Below, in pieces: positions 1-9,126 of a stretch of DNA of 64,000 nucleotides. The translations under genes were made by a program, and so were the position numbers. The notes under the pieces were generated by a model that saw nothing but the letters and a program-made list of their open reading frames with translations, made no database searches and was not told where the DNA came from. How positions within the stretch are numbered: position 1 is the stretch's first letter; every line of letters begins with the position of its first letter. The stretch is from contig CBDBEV010000001.1 of the NCBI GenBank assembly GCA_965204535.1, positions 2,624,001 to 2,688,000 of the forward strand, given 5' to 3'. Source of the DNA: a bacterium (GTDB lineage Bacteria > UBA8248).

Positions 1-2
1 GG

Positions 3-296
3 GCCGGAAGAAAGAAAGTCGTCGACGGCGAAGAGGAAAAACGGCTGGAAGGGCTCCATCTGGTCCTGGAGACGACCGAGGACTTGTCGCGGGAGCGGGG
101 CGAGGAAGAGAAAGTCTGGGGATCGATGGTGAAACAGGCCCTGAAACGCCGCAAACCGGGATTCAGCGAATCCCATCACGGATACAAAACGTTCAAACAC
201 TTGCTCGAAGACGCGAAAGCCCGCGGGATGCTGGAACTGAAATACGACAGAAAATCCGGCGGATACATCGTGAAGAGCGTGCAACTCGATGAATAG
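3..296 (+). CDS. C-terminal part of a probable NYN-domain protein with OST-HTH/LOTUS domain (5' truncated by window)
   Basis: Frame open from window start. VWGSMVKQALKRRKPGFSESHHGYKTFKHLLEDA resembles the OST-HTH tail of NYN/LabA-family proteins. Confidence 0.7.
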   Translation, partial: AGRKKVVDGEEEKRLEGLHLVLETTEDLSRERGEEEKVWGSMVKQALKRRKPGFSESHHGYKTFKHLLEDAKARGMLELKYDRKSGGYIVKSVQLDE

Positions 297-361
297 GCGC
301 GCATAGACGCTCACGACGGAAGCTTGGCGGACGCGGGTTCGCATTCCCGCCGCCTCCACCA
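297..361 (+). ncRNA. ssrA: Displaced 3'-terminal fragment of tmRNA (att-like remnant, not a full gene)
   Basis: GGACGCGGG-TTCGCATT-CCCGC-CGCCTCC-A-CCA: GAC before the T-stem, a T-arm (8-nt loop, one extra base), an acceptor 3' strand with U70 (Ala identity) and an encoded CCA. No 5' half nearby. Confidence 0.75.
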
Positions 362-467
362 GTTTTGAATGAGGATGCAGCTCGTTTTCGAGCCGAGTAT
401 GATTCGTTGGCTTGCTCAGTCATTCCTTGTTATATTTTCTGAAGCTATTCTCAAAGAATAGGGAGTA

Positions 468-683
468 ATGATGAAACCGAGCGAAGTAATCTTCGAGGTT
501 ACCGAAGCCGTAGAAGGCGGCTATGATGCCCGGGCCTTGGGCTACAGCATCTTCACGCAAGGAAAGGACTGGGATGATCTGAAGTCGATGGCAAGAGATG
601 CGGTGCTTTGTCACTTCGGTGAAGAGGACGCGCCCGGAGTAGTCAGGCTGCATCTTGTCAAGGACGAAGTTATCGCAGTATGA
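468..683 (+). CDS. hicB: HicB-like antitoxin (short form without DNA-binding domain)
   Basis: IFEVTEAVEGGYDARALGYSIFTQGKDWDDLKSMARDAV is HicB-like; overlaps the hicA start (ATGA). Confidence 0.75.
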   Translation: MMKPSEVIFEVTEAVEGGYDARALGYSIFTQGKDWDDLKSMARDAVLCHFGEEDAPGVVRLHLVKDEVIAV

Positions 684-931
684 GGCTGCCTCGTGATCTG
701 TCCGGTGAAGATTTGGCCGGAAGATTACGACGCCATTTTGGCTATCGACTCGCTCGCCAGAAGGGCAGTCATATGACGCTGACCGCCGTTGCGCAGGGTT
801 CAGAGCATAGCCTGACTATACCAAAACATCGCTATATACGCGTTGGAACTTTGGGTGCGATAATATCTGATGTCGCTTTGCACTTTAGATTGACACAAAG
901 TGAAGTGAGTCGACGCTTATTTGGAAATTAA
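680..931 (+). CDS. hicA: HicA-family mRNA interferase toxin
   Basis: GY..RQKGSHM and TIPKH...GTLGAII motifs; 83 aa, basic. Confidence 0.85.
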   Translation: MRLPRDLSGEDLAGRLRRHFGYRLARQKGSHMTLTAVAQGSEHSLTIPKHRYIRVGTLGAIISDVALHFRLTQSEVSRRLFGN

Positions 932-1028
932 CCTAGAAACTTTTACCTGTATTTGTCGGTACAACTCATCACAAAAAACTGATTGCCCATTTCCTAAAGC
1001 TGGATGCCGTGATCTCCAGGACCGATAT

Positions 1029-2549
1029 TCACTCAGGCTCCTCGCCCCCATCCTCCTCGCTCTTCGTCTCCGGGAACCACTCCAGAAAACCTTCTTCGGT
1101 GGCGGGCGGGAAGGGCCACTGGTCGCCGCGCATGGCGGACAGCGTGCGGTCGGGGCCGGGCTGGAACCGCCGGGCCGGCTCGCCGACGAGCTTTCCGTCG
1201 TCCAGCCATTTCTCGTCGCTTCCGTACATCTGCCCCTCCAGCGTCTCGCTCAGCCGGGCGAGCACGTCGGCGTAGGCGGGGTCGGAGAAGAGGTCCACCA
1301 TTTCATGCGGGTCTTCCTCTAAATCGAAGAGCTGGAAGTAGTGCCCGACCGGGTAGTAGATGAGCTTGTGGCGTCCGTCGTGGATCATGCGCGAGGAATG
1401 CGCGTCCTCGCCCGCCTCGCCGAAGAGGAATTCCCGCCTGGCGTCGCCGACCATCGAGATGCCTTCCACCGTCTCGGGGATATCGATGCCGCACAGGTCG
1501 AGCAGGGTGGGCATCACGTCCTGCAGTCCCACGAGGCGGTCGTCGACGCGGCCGGAGCCGACGCGCGCGTCGTCCGGGAGGCCCACCAGTATCATCGGAA
1601 TACCGGCGGAATACTCGTAGAAGACGCGCTTGGCCCACATGCCGTGGTTGCCGAGCATGTCGCCGTGGTCCGAAGTGAAGCAGATGATGGTGTCGTTGGT
1701 GAGGCTTTCCTCGCGCAGGGTGCCGATGATGATGCGTATCTGGTGCTCGATGTGGGTGCACAGCGCGTAGAACGCCCGGCGCGCGTCGATAATCGCCCCC
1801 TCATTGTAAAGGTCTCCGCGCGACTGGGTGGCCTGCGCGTTGTAGGGGAGTTCGCCGCGCTCGCGCGCCCACTCGCCCACGAACGGCTCATCGATCGGAA
1901 TCTCGCGGTAGATGTCCAGATAGGCCTGCAGGGGCACGAGCGGCGGATGCGGGTGGCGGTAGGAGAGATACCAGAAGGCCGGCCGCCTCGGGTCGCGCCG
2001 CTTTATGGTTCGCGCCATCATGCGGGTGGTCCAGTTCGTGGGGTGCGTCGCCTCGGGCAGATGCCACGCCCGGTAGGTGTACTGGTTGTTCCCCATGCCG
2101 TGATCGAACTGCCGGCCCGTGTGGCCGATGTCGCCGAGATAAATGTCGTAATCGTCGGCGACGTTGTAGATCGAGCGGCCCTCGTCGTCGAGAATCACGT
2201 CGTCGAAACCGATGCGGTCGCGCTGGGGATAGACGTGGATCTTCCCGACCGCATAGGCCTGATAGCCCGCGTCGCGGAACGTCTGGGCCATCGTCGGCAG
2301 GTGGTCGGGCATCAGCATCGTCGGGCTGAACACGCGGTCGCCGTGGGCGCGGGCGCTGGCGCCGGTCATCAGCGTCCGCCGCGCCGGTATGCAGAACGGG
2401 TGTTCGGAATAGGCGTTCGTGAAGCGCACGCCGTTCTTGCAGAAGGTGTCGAGCGTCGGTGTCAGGATGCAGGGATGCCCCGCTGCCCCCAGAAGGGGCG
2501 CGGACCAATGGTCGGTATTGATCAAGAGGACGTTCGGTCTCGTTTGCAT
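1029..2549 (-). CDS. Cys-type sulfatase-like hydrolase
   Basis: PNVLLINTD, CIPARRTLMTG (CxPxR), GKIH, HPHPP, SDHGDMLG. Confidence 0.92.
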   Translation of the reverse strand: MQTRPNVLLINTDHWSAPLLGAAGHPCILTPTLDTFCKNGVRFTNAYSEHPFCIPARRTLMTGASARAHGDRVFSPTMLMPDHLPTMAQTFRDAGYQAYAVGKIHVYPQRDRIGFDDVILDDEGRSIYNVADDYDIYLGDIGHTGRQFDHGMGNNQYTYRAWHLPEATHPTNWTTRMMARTIKRRDPRRPAFWYLSYRHPHPPLVPLQAYLDIYREIPIDEPFVGEWARERGELPYNAQATQSRGDLYNEGAIIDARRAFYALCTHIEHQIRIIIGTLREESLTNDTIICFTSDHGDMLGNHGMWAKRVFYEYSAGIPMILVGLPDDARVGSGRVDDRLVGLQDVMPTLLDLCGIDIPETVEGISMVGDARREFLFGEAGEDAHSSRMIHDGRHKLIYYPVGHYFQLFDLEEDPHEMVDLFSDPAYADVLARLSETLEGQMYGSDEKWLDDGKLVGEPARRFQPGPDRTLSAMRGDQWPFPPATEEGFLEWFPETKSEEDGGEEPE

Positions 2550-2572
2550 GTATTATCACTCTCCATGAAGTT

Positions 2573-2710
2573 TCAAGCCGTGTTCGGGAAATGATCGAAG
2601 CTCGGCGACGCCTGGTTCGCGCGCAGGCACGCCTCGCGGCGGACCGCGTCCATCGCGCCCGTGGCCATGATGCCGAGCGTCTCGTCGTAGTCCGCATTGT
2701 AGGTGAAAAA
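2573..2710 (-). pseudogene. Possible 3' remnant of a lost gene upstream of the sulfatase
   Basis: FTYNADYDETLGIMATGAMDAVRREACLRANQ has host-like GC3-rich codons, but the upstream part becomes AT-rich and non-coding-like. Confidence 0.25.
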
Positions 2711-2957
2711 GCCCTTACTGCGTAGCGGTCTGCACCCGTAGAGATGCTCTCCACATTTAAGGGGAAGAAAATGCACACCAGTTACATACTCCCCTGAATC
2801 CTCCTCCTTATCTCCATTGCATTCCGTGATTCACACGGATTAGAATGCGCACGTCATCGAGGGGGCGTCGCCTGAGTATTTCCGGTTGTTTCGAATGGTC
2901 GGCTCGCGGCGCCGTGAGTCGATATGTCCCGTGAGGTTTCCATAGAGGACGCAGAGC

Positions 2958-5117
2958 ATGTCGCGCCTGGCTGAAGATGAATCCTCCACCATCACCGTCG
3001 AGCCGATACTCGATCCGCGTAGCCGCTACCTGAATCGCGAGCTCTCCTGGCTCTCCTTCAACTGGCGCGTGCTCGCCGAGGCGAGCAATCTCCGCCATCC
3101 CGTGCTGGAGCGGCTGCGCTTCCTCTCGATATCGGCGAGCAACCTCGATGAGTTCTTCATGGTGCGCCTGGCGGGCCTCAAGGGCCAGGTGGCCAACGGC
3201 GTGACCCAGAAGAGTCTCGATGGGCGCACGCCCGCCGAGCAGTTGCTCGAAGTCGCCCGGGAGAGCGCGCGCCTCATTAGCGAGCAGGAGGCCGTGTGGC
3301 GGCGCCTGCAGGTTGAACTCGCCGAGGCCGGCATCTCGGTGGTCACGAAGGAAGATTTGAACCCGGAGGAAGTCGACTGGCTCGGAAACTATTTCCTGAA
3401 ACAGGTCTTTCCCGTACTGACGCCCCTGGCCATCGACCCGGCGCATCCGTTTCCCTTCATCGCCAATCGGGGCTTCTGTCTCGCGCTGGAACTCGAAGCC
3501 GTCAAGGGCGGGCGGAAGATGCGGGCGCTGGTGCCGCTGCCCGACCAGGTGCACCGTTTCATCCGCATTCCGGGTGAGGAGATCCGCTTCATCGCGCTGG
3601 AGAATCTGGTGCGCCTGTTCATCGATCAGCTCTTCCCCGGCTACCGGATCGCCGGCAGCGGGGTGTTCCGGCTGATCCGCGACAGCGACATCGAATACGA
3701 AGAAGAGGCCGAAGACCTCGTCCTGTTGTTCGAAACCATGCTGCGCCGCCGGAGGCTCGGCGGCGTGGTGCGCCTGAACCTGAGCGCCGACATGCCGGAC
3801 TCGCTGCGGGACTTGGTGATTGAAGAGTTCGACGCCCAGCCCGAGGACATCGTGGAGTTGACCGGCACGATCGGCATGGCGCAACTCGGCGAACTGATTG
3901 ATTGCGGTCGGGAGGACCTGATATTCCCGGCCTATCGGGCGCGCTTTCCCGAGCGCATTCGCGAGTACGACAACGATTGCTTCGCAGCAATCCGCCACAA
4001 GGACATCGTCGTCCATCACCCCTACGAGAGTTTCGACGTGGTGGTGCAGTTTCTCGATCAGGCGGCGGCGGACCCGAACGTGCTGGCGATCAAGCAGACG
4101 CTCTACCGAACGACCGACGAGTCACCCATCGTCAAGGCGCTCATCGCGGCGGCGGAATCGGGCAAATCGGTCACCGCGCTGGTCGAGCTCAAGGCGCGCT
4201 TCGACGAGGAGACGAACCTCAAGCTCTCGCGTTCTTTAGAGCGCGCAGGCGTCCACGTGGTCTACGGCTTCATGAAGCTCAAGACCCACGCCAAGATCAC
4301 CTGCGTGGTGCGGCGCGAGGGCGAAGATCTGCGCAGCTACGTGCATTTCGGCACCGGCAACTATCACCCGATCACCGCGCGGATTTACACCGACCTCTCG
4401 TTTTTTACCTGCGACGAACGGCTCGCCCACGACGCCGCGCAGGTCTTCAACCTCACCACCGGCTATGCGCTGCCGAGCAGCTTCGAGCGCGTCGCCGTGG
4501 CGCCTTCAGGCCTTAGAAAATCCGTGCTGGCGATGATTGACGAGGAGATCGCCAACGCCGAGGCCGGAAGGCCGGCCGGGGTCTGGGCGAAGATGAACTC
4601 GCTCGTCGACGGGACGGTCATCGACAAGCTCTACCAGGCGAGCGCCGCGGGCGTGCAGGTCGACCTGGTGGTGCGCGGCATCTGCTGCCTGCGTCCGGGC
4701 GTGCCGGGTTTATCGGAGAACATCCGGGTCAAGAGCATCATCGGGCGTTTTCTCGAACACTCGCGCATCGTGTGTTTCGCCAACGGCCACCCGCTGCCCT
4801 CGCCTCATGCGAAGGTTTTCATTACCTCGGCCGACTGGATGCCGCGCAACTTCGATCGCCGCTGCGAGGTGCTGGTGCCGATTGAAAACGAGACCGTGCA
4901 CCGGCAGGTGCTCGATCAGATCATGGTGGCGAATTTCAAGGACGATGCCCAAAGCTGGAACATGGCCGGCGACGGCGGCTACGAGCGCGCGCCGCTCGGG
5001 GAAGAAGATTTCACGGCGCACACCTATTTCATGACGAATCCGAGTCTGTCTGGTCGCGGAAGCGCGCTCAGACGGGCCGGCGGCCCGGCGAGGTTGCGTA
5101 TTGCGGAAGACGGCTGA
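2958..5117 (+). CDS. ppk1: Polyphosphate kinase 1
   Basis: [60 protein letters not shown]. Confidence 0.98.
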   Translation: MSRLAEDESSTITVEPILDPRSRYLNRELSWLSFNWRVLAEASNLRHPVLERLRFLSISASNLDEFFMVRLAGLKGQVANGVTQKSLDGRTPAEQLLEVARESARLISEQEAVWRRLQVELAEAGISVVTKEDLNPEEVDWLGNYFLKQVFPVLTPLAIDPAHPFPFIANRGFCLALELEAVKGGRKMRALVPLPDQVHRFIRIPGEEIRFIALENLVRLFIDQLFPGYRIAGSGVFRLIRDSDIEYEEEAEDLVLLFETMLRRRRLGGVVRLNLSADMPDSLRDLVIEEFDAQPEDIVELTGTIGMAQLGELIDCGREDLIFPAYRARFPERIREYDNDCFAAIRHKDIVVHHPYESFDVVVQFLDQAAADPNVLAIKQTLYRTTDESPIVKALIAAAESGKSVTALVELKARFDEETNLKLSRSLERAGVHVVYGFMKLKTHAKITCVVRREGEDLRSYVHFGTGNYHPITARIYTDLSFFTCDERLAHDAAQVFNLTTGYALPSSFERVAVAPSGLRKSVLAMIDEEIANAEAGRPAGVWAKMNSLVDGTVIDKLYQASAAGVQVDLVVRGICCLRPGVPGLSENIRVKSIIGRFLEHSRIVCFANGHPLPSPHAKVFITSADWMPRNFDRRCEVLVPIENETVHRQVLDQIMVANFKDDAQSWNMAGDGGYERAPLGEEDFTAHTYFMTNPSLSGRGSALRRAGGPARLRIAEDG

Positions 5118-6621
5118 ACAACCATGCCTCGCCGAAGGGGCGACCGGCTCTCAAGAACGTTATGGCGTAATCGACATTGGCTCCAACTCGATCCGTCTGG
5201 TCGTGTTCGAGGGATTGTCGCGCGCGCCGCTCCCCATGTTCAACGAAAGAATCCTGTGCGGCCTGGGCCGCGGTCTGCACGACACCGGACGGCTCGATCC
5301 GCAGGGGGTCGAGGGGGCGCTCCTGAACATCGAGCGGTTCGGCAACCTGTTGCGCGCGATGGGGGTGGCGCGCTTCGACGCCATCGCCACCGCGGCGGTG
5401 CGCGACGCCGGGGACGGGGCCGGGTTCGCCGCAGAAGTGGAGCGGCGTTGCGGTTTCCGGGTGCGCGTCCTCTCGGGCGCCGAAGAAGCCGAAATGGCGG
5501 CGCTCGGCGTGTTGAGCGGCATACCGGGGGCGGACGGCGTCGTGGGCGATTTGGGCGGCGGCAGCCTCGAACTGGTCCATCTGGTCGATGGGGTCATCGC
5601 CGAGCAGGCCACCCTGCCTCTGGGGCCGCTCAACCTCTTCGCCGCCTCGGGCGGCCAGCGCAAGCGCGCGCGGAAGATCATCGACGAGGCTCTGGCCGAG
5701 CTATCCTGGCTCGCGAAAATGCGGGGGCGCGCCTTCTACGCCGTCGGCGGCAACTGGCGCGCACTGGCGCACGCCCACATGGCGCATTCGGGCTATCCGC
5801 TCAACATCATCCACCATTACCGGCTGCGCCGGGGAGACCTCGCGAAAATCGCCGAGCTGGTCTCCCGCCAGAGCCGCGAGTCGCTCGCGGGCATTCGGGG
5901 CGTTTCGAGCAGGCGGCTCGATTTGCTGCCGCTCGCCGCACTGGTGATGGAGCGGTTGCTGGCCGCCGCCGCGCCGCGCGACGTTGTTTTCTCCGCGGAT
6001 GGGCTGCGCGAGGGGCTCGCCTATGCGCGCCTGGGGGAGCGGCGCGGGAATGAGGATCCACTGCTCAGCGCGGTGGGCGACATCCATGCCCGCACCGCCC
6101 GTTTTACCGAGCACGCCCCGGAACTGCTAGAGTGGACGGAGGACCTTTTTCCGGAAGAAAAGGCGTCCGAGCGGCGCCTGCGCCACGCCGTCTGCCTGCT
6201 CGGCGACGTCGGCTGGCGGGTGCACCCCGACTACCGGGCCGCCCAGGCCAGCGCGGAGGTGCTGCATGCGCGCACCCTGCACGTCAATCACCAGGAGCGG
6301 GTGTTTCTCGCCCTGGCCGTCTTCAGCCGTTATACGGGCCGCCAGACCGACGGGGAGTTGCGCACCGTCGAGAGGCTGCTGGACGAGGAAACCGCCGGTC
6401 GCGCGCGAATCATGGGCTCGGCCGTTCGCCTGGGCGAAACCTTGTGCGGCGGCGCGCCCGGGGTGCTGGGGCGCTTTTCGCTCAAGCCCTCCCTGCACCG
6501 GGGCGCGCTCAAGCTCAAGTGCCGCCGCCGCGACCAGAATATGCTGGGCGAGGTCGTCGTGCGCCGCTTCGAGGCCCTGGCCGCTCTGATGGGGCTGGAA
6601 CCCGAGGTGCGCTTTGTTTGA
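5101..6621 (+). CDS. ppx: Ppx/GppA exopolyphosphatase
   Basis: [39 protein letters not shown]; overlaps the end of ppk1. Confidence 0.95.
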   Translation: MRKTAEQPCLAEGATGSQERYGVIDIGSNSIRLVVFEGLSRAPLPMFNERILCGLGRGLHDTGRLDPQGVEGALLNIERFGNLLRAMGVARFDAIATAAVRDAGDGAGFAAEVERRCGFRVRVLSGAEEAEMAALGVLSGIPGADGVVGDLGGGSLELVHLVDGVIAEQATLPLGPLNLFAASGGQRKRARKIIDEALAELSWLAKMRGRAFYAVGGNWRALAHAHMAHSGYPLNIIHHYRLRRGDLAKIAELVSRQSRESLAGIRGVSSRRLDLLPLAALVMERLLAAAAPRDVVFSADGLREGLAYARLGERRGNEDPLLSAVGDIHARTARFTEHAPELLEWTEDLFPEEKASERRLRHAVCLLGDVGWRVHPDYRAAQASAEVLHARTLHVNHQERVFLALAVFSRYTGRQTDGELRTVERLLDEETAGRARIMGSAVRLGETLCGGAPGVLGRFSLKPSLHRGALKLKCRRRDQNMLGEVVVRRFEALAALMGLEPEVRFV

Positions 6622-6663
6622 TGAGGAAGACGCGTGATGATTAGGTAACGGATCGGGTGTTTT

Positions 6664-7647
6664 TCAGGATGGCCGGTCTGTCCGGTCTGTTGCCGCACCC
6701 TGGATGATCCCTAACTCCCGCAAGGCCCGCACCGCTCGAAGGACGGTCGTATCCCTTTCCTCGATGAGTTCTTCTCGCGACCGCCCTCCGTAGTCGCGCC
6801 ACCCCTTTCCGGTGGTGAGCCCCAGTTCGCCTCGCTCGATCTGCTTCAACAACAACGCGGAGGGCTTGAACTTGGGGTCGCCCTCGGCTTTGTAGAGGTT
6901 CTCGAAAACGTTCAGCGTGATGTCGGCGTCGTGGAGGAGGTCGTTCCATTCGAACGGCCCCTTGCAGGCCAGACGGATTCCGAAGCCGTGCCGGACGGCC
7001 TCGTCCACGTCCCCGGGCGTGGTGAGTCCGCGCTCCACCAGGCTGACGGCCTCGTTCAGCATGGCGTACTGGAGGCGGTTCACGATATAGCCTACGACGT
7101 CCCGGCAGGTGACGGGCGACTTGCCGATCTTCTTCAAAAACGCGAAGAGCGTGGCATGGACCTCCTCGCTCGTGGCGGGGCCGAGAACCACTTCCACGAG
7201 CGGGAGAATATGCGGGGGGTTCGCCCAGTGGGCGCCGAGCACGCGGCCGGGGTCGGAAACGGCATCGGCGATATCCGCCACGCGGAGCGATGAGGTGGTC
7301 GTGGCGAGCACGGCTTCGGGCGGTGCGTGCTCGTCCAGTTCCCGGAAGACGCCTTGTTTGACGCCCAGGTCTTCATATACCGCCTCGAAGACGAAGTCGG
7401 CCTGCGCCGCCGCTTCTTTCACACTCGCGACGAGAGATACGCGCCCGGCGAGCGGGGAGGGAATCTCCTCGGGCGCGAGGCCGTATTCGCGCAGGATGCG
7501 CAGGTCGCCCTCCATCCACTCCAGGGCGGATTCGAGCCGGGCCGGGTCCTTGTCCGTCAGGGCCACGCTCGCGCCGGTGATCGCGCAATGAAGCGCAATG
7601 CCGTGGCCCATCATGCCGGCCCCCACCACCGCTACCCGGGAATCCAC
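6664..7647 (-). CDS. 3-hydroxyacyl-CoA dehydrogenase family protein
   Basis: VVGAGMMGHGIA, EAVYEDLGVK, HWANPPHILPLVE, GYIVNRLQ. GTG start after an AAGGAGG RBS. Confidence 0.92.
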   Translation of the reverse strand: MDSRVAVVGAGMMGHGIALHCAITGASVALTDKDPARLESALEWMEGDLRILREYGLAPEEIPSPLAGRVSLVASVKEAAAQADFVFEAVYEDLGVKQGVFRELDEHAPPEAVLATTTSSLRVADIADAVSDPGRVLGAHWANPPHILPLVEVVLGPATSEEVHATLFAFLKKIGKSPVTCRDVVGYIVNRLQYAMLNEAVSLVERGLTTPGDVDEAVRHGFGIRLACKGPFEWNDLLHDADITLNVFENLYKAEGDPKFKPSALLLKQIERGELGLTTGKGWRDYGGRSREELIEERDTTVLRAVRALRELGIIQGAATDRTDRPS

Positions 7648-8037
7648 GAAGCGCCTCCTTTCGCCGGTTGTTCGTCGAGTCCGAAAGCCTAGCACCCCCA
7701 TGCCTGAGTGAAAACATGGGAGAGGTGTTAGAAGCTCACCCGAACAATGGGCCACTAAAGCGATGGCATCGGATTTGGCCGCGCGCTTGCGCGGGGAACT
7801 TCCCGTATCTTACTATGGGTTCATACATTCAACGTCATATTTGGTCCATCATTCTTTCCTCGTTGCAGCTTTGCTCGTTGTGGAGGGCTACCGATGGGCA
7901 CGGAATGCGCGTTGTTTTCATCTGCAATACGCCGTCTTCGCTTCCCTCGACCCCATTTCGCAGCGTTTCCTCCGGTCGAGCGGCGTCAAAATCCGCTTGC
8001 CGGTCGTTCTTTCCATCCCCAAAAGGAGGTACGGATC

Positions 8038-9039
8038 ATGCGTAACAGACTCCGGCGTCTCCTCCACGTACGTGGAGCCGCCCTGACAGGCCTGGTGACC
8101 ATGTCCCTCGCAAGCGTCCTTTTGAGTTCCGCGCCCGTAGAAGCCGCCAAGGTGTATCTCAACTTCGCGGGCAGCCGCCCCGGCGGCGGCTGGTTCTACA
8201 TGGCGGGCGGCCTCTCGCCCATCCTGACCCGCGGGATTAAAAATCTCAACGTGGTGGCGGAATCCACCCAGGGAGACGTGGAGAACGTACGCCGCATGGC
8301 CACGGGGGATCTGGACATGGCCATCGTCCACGCGCCGACCATGGCGGAGGCGTATCTCGGCGTGAGATCCTTCAAGGGAAAGAAACCGGCCAAGGACATC
8401 CGCGTGCTCATGAAATTCTACGACAGCCCCTTCGGGGTGCTCACGCTCCAGAAATCGGGCATCAAGACTTTTGATGATCTGAAGGGCAAGACCATCGCCG
8501 GCGGCCCGGCCGGCAGCGGGAGCATCAAGAACTTCAAGATGGCCTTACAGGCCTTCGGTCTGCTGGACACGGTGAAGATCAAGTATCTGACCTACGCCGA
8601 TGAGACCAACGCCATGATCGACGGCACGCTCGACGCCGCGGCCCAGAACGGGTTGCACTCGGCCTGGACCCTCTCGCTGGATGCGCAGCGGCCCCTCCGA
8701 CTCGTGCGCATGAGCGAGGCGCAGCGCAAGTTGTTCATCAAGACGTATGCGGGGTTCTGGCCCGGCACCTACGATCCGACGAAGGTGTTCAAGACCATCA
8801 AGGAGCCTTACCCCACGATCTGGAACACAGTCTTCTGGGTGGCGAACAAGCGCGTACCGGAGAAGATCGCCTACGACATCGTCAAGACGGTCTTCACCCC
8901 CAAGGTCAAGAAGGTGCTGCCCAAGATCCACAGGCTGATGCGCGGGATAGACGCCGGGGTGGAGGAGGCGAAAAAGTCCGGGTTGCCGATGCATCCGGGA
9001 GCGGCCCGGTATTGGCGTGAGAAGGGAATGAAGAAGTAA
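8038..9039 (+). CDS. TAXI-family TRAP substrate-binding protein
   Basis: Signal peptide, PGGGWF, STQGDVEN, GPAGSG, PMHPGAARYWRE; AAGGAGG RBS. Confidence 0.92.
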   Translation: MRNRLRRLLHVRGAALTGLVTMSLASVLLSSAPVEAAKVYLNFAGSRPGGGWFYMAGGLSPILTRGIKNLNVVAESTQGDVENVRRMATGDLDMAIVHAPTMAEAYLGVRSFKGKKPAKDIRVLMKFYDSPFGVLTLQKSGIKTFDDLKGKTIAGGPAGSGSIKNFKMALQAFGLLDTVKIKYLTYADETNAMIDGTLDAAAQNGLHSAWTLSLDAQRPLRLVRMSEAQRKLFIKTYAGFWPGTYDPTKVFKTIKEPYPTIWNTVFWVANKRVPEKIAYDIVKTVFTPKVKKVLPKIHRLMRGIDAGVEEAKKSGLPMHPGAARYWREKGMKK

Positions 9040-9061
9040 ACCGCAAAGCCGGGAGCTTGGT

Positions 9062-9100
9062 CCGGGTCCTGCGGCCTTATCCTTTCGCCGCAGGACCCGG
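9062..9100 (+). terminator. Intercistronic stem-loop after the binding-protein gene
   Basis: CCGGGTCCTGCGGC ... GCCGCAGGACCCGG, a 14-bp perfect stem with no U-tract. Confidence 0.6.
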
Positions 9101-9126
9101 CCTCCCCCTCGCCGAGGAGTGATTCG

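Noticed and set aside
329-361. Intact tRNA-Ala or permuted two-piece tmRNA
   Set aside because: No matching 5' acceptor strand, D-arm or anticodon arm upstream, and no GGGG-starting 5' piece downstream.
1341-2594. Long antisense or alternate-frame ORFs (also 8545-10083, 11957-13252, 20310-21842, 50373-51689, 63403-63996)
   Set aside because: Shadow ORFs of well-supported genes, expected in high-GC DNA.
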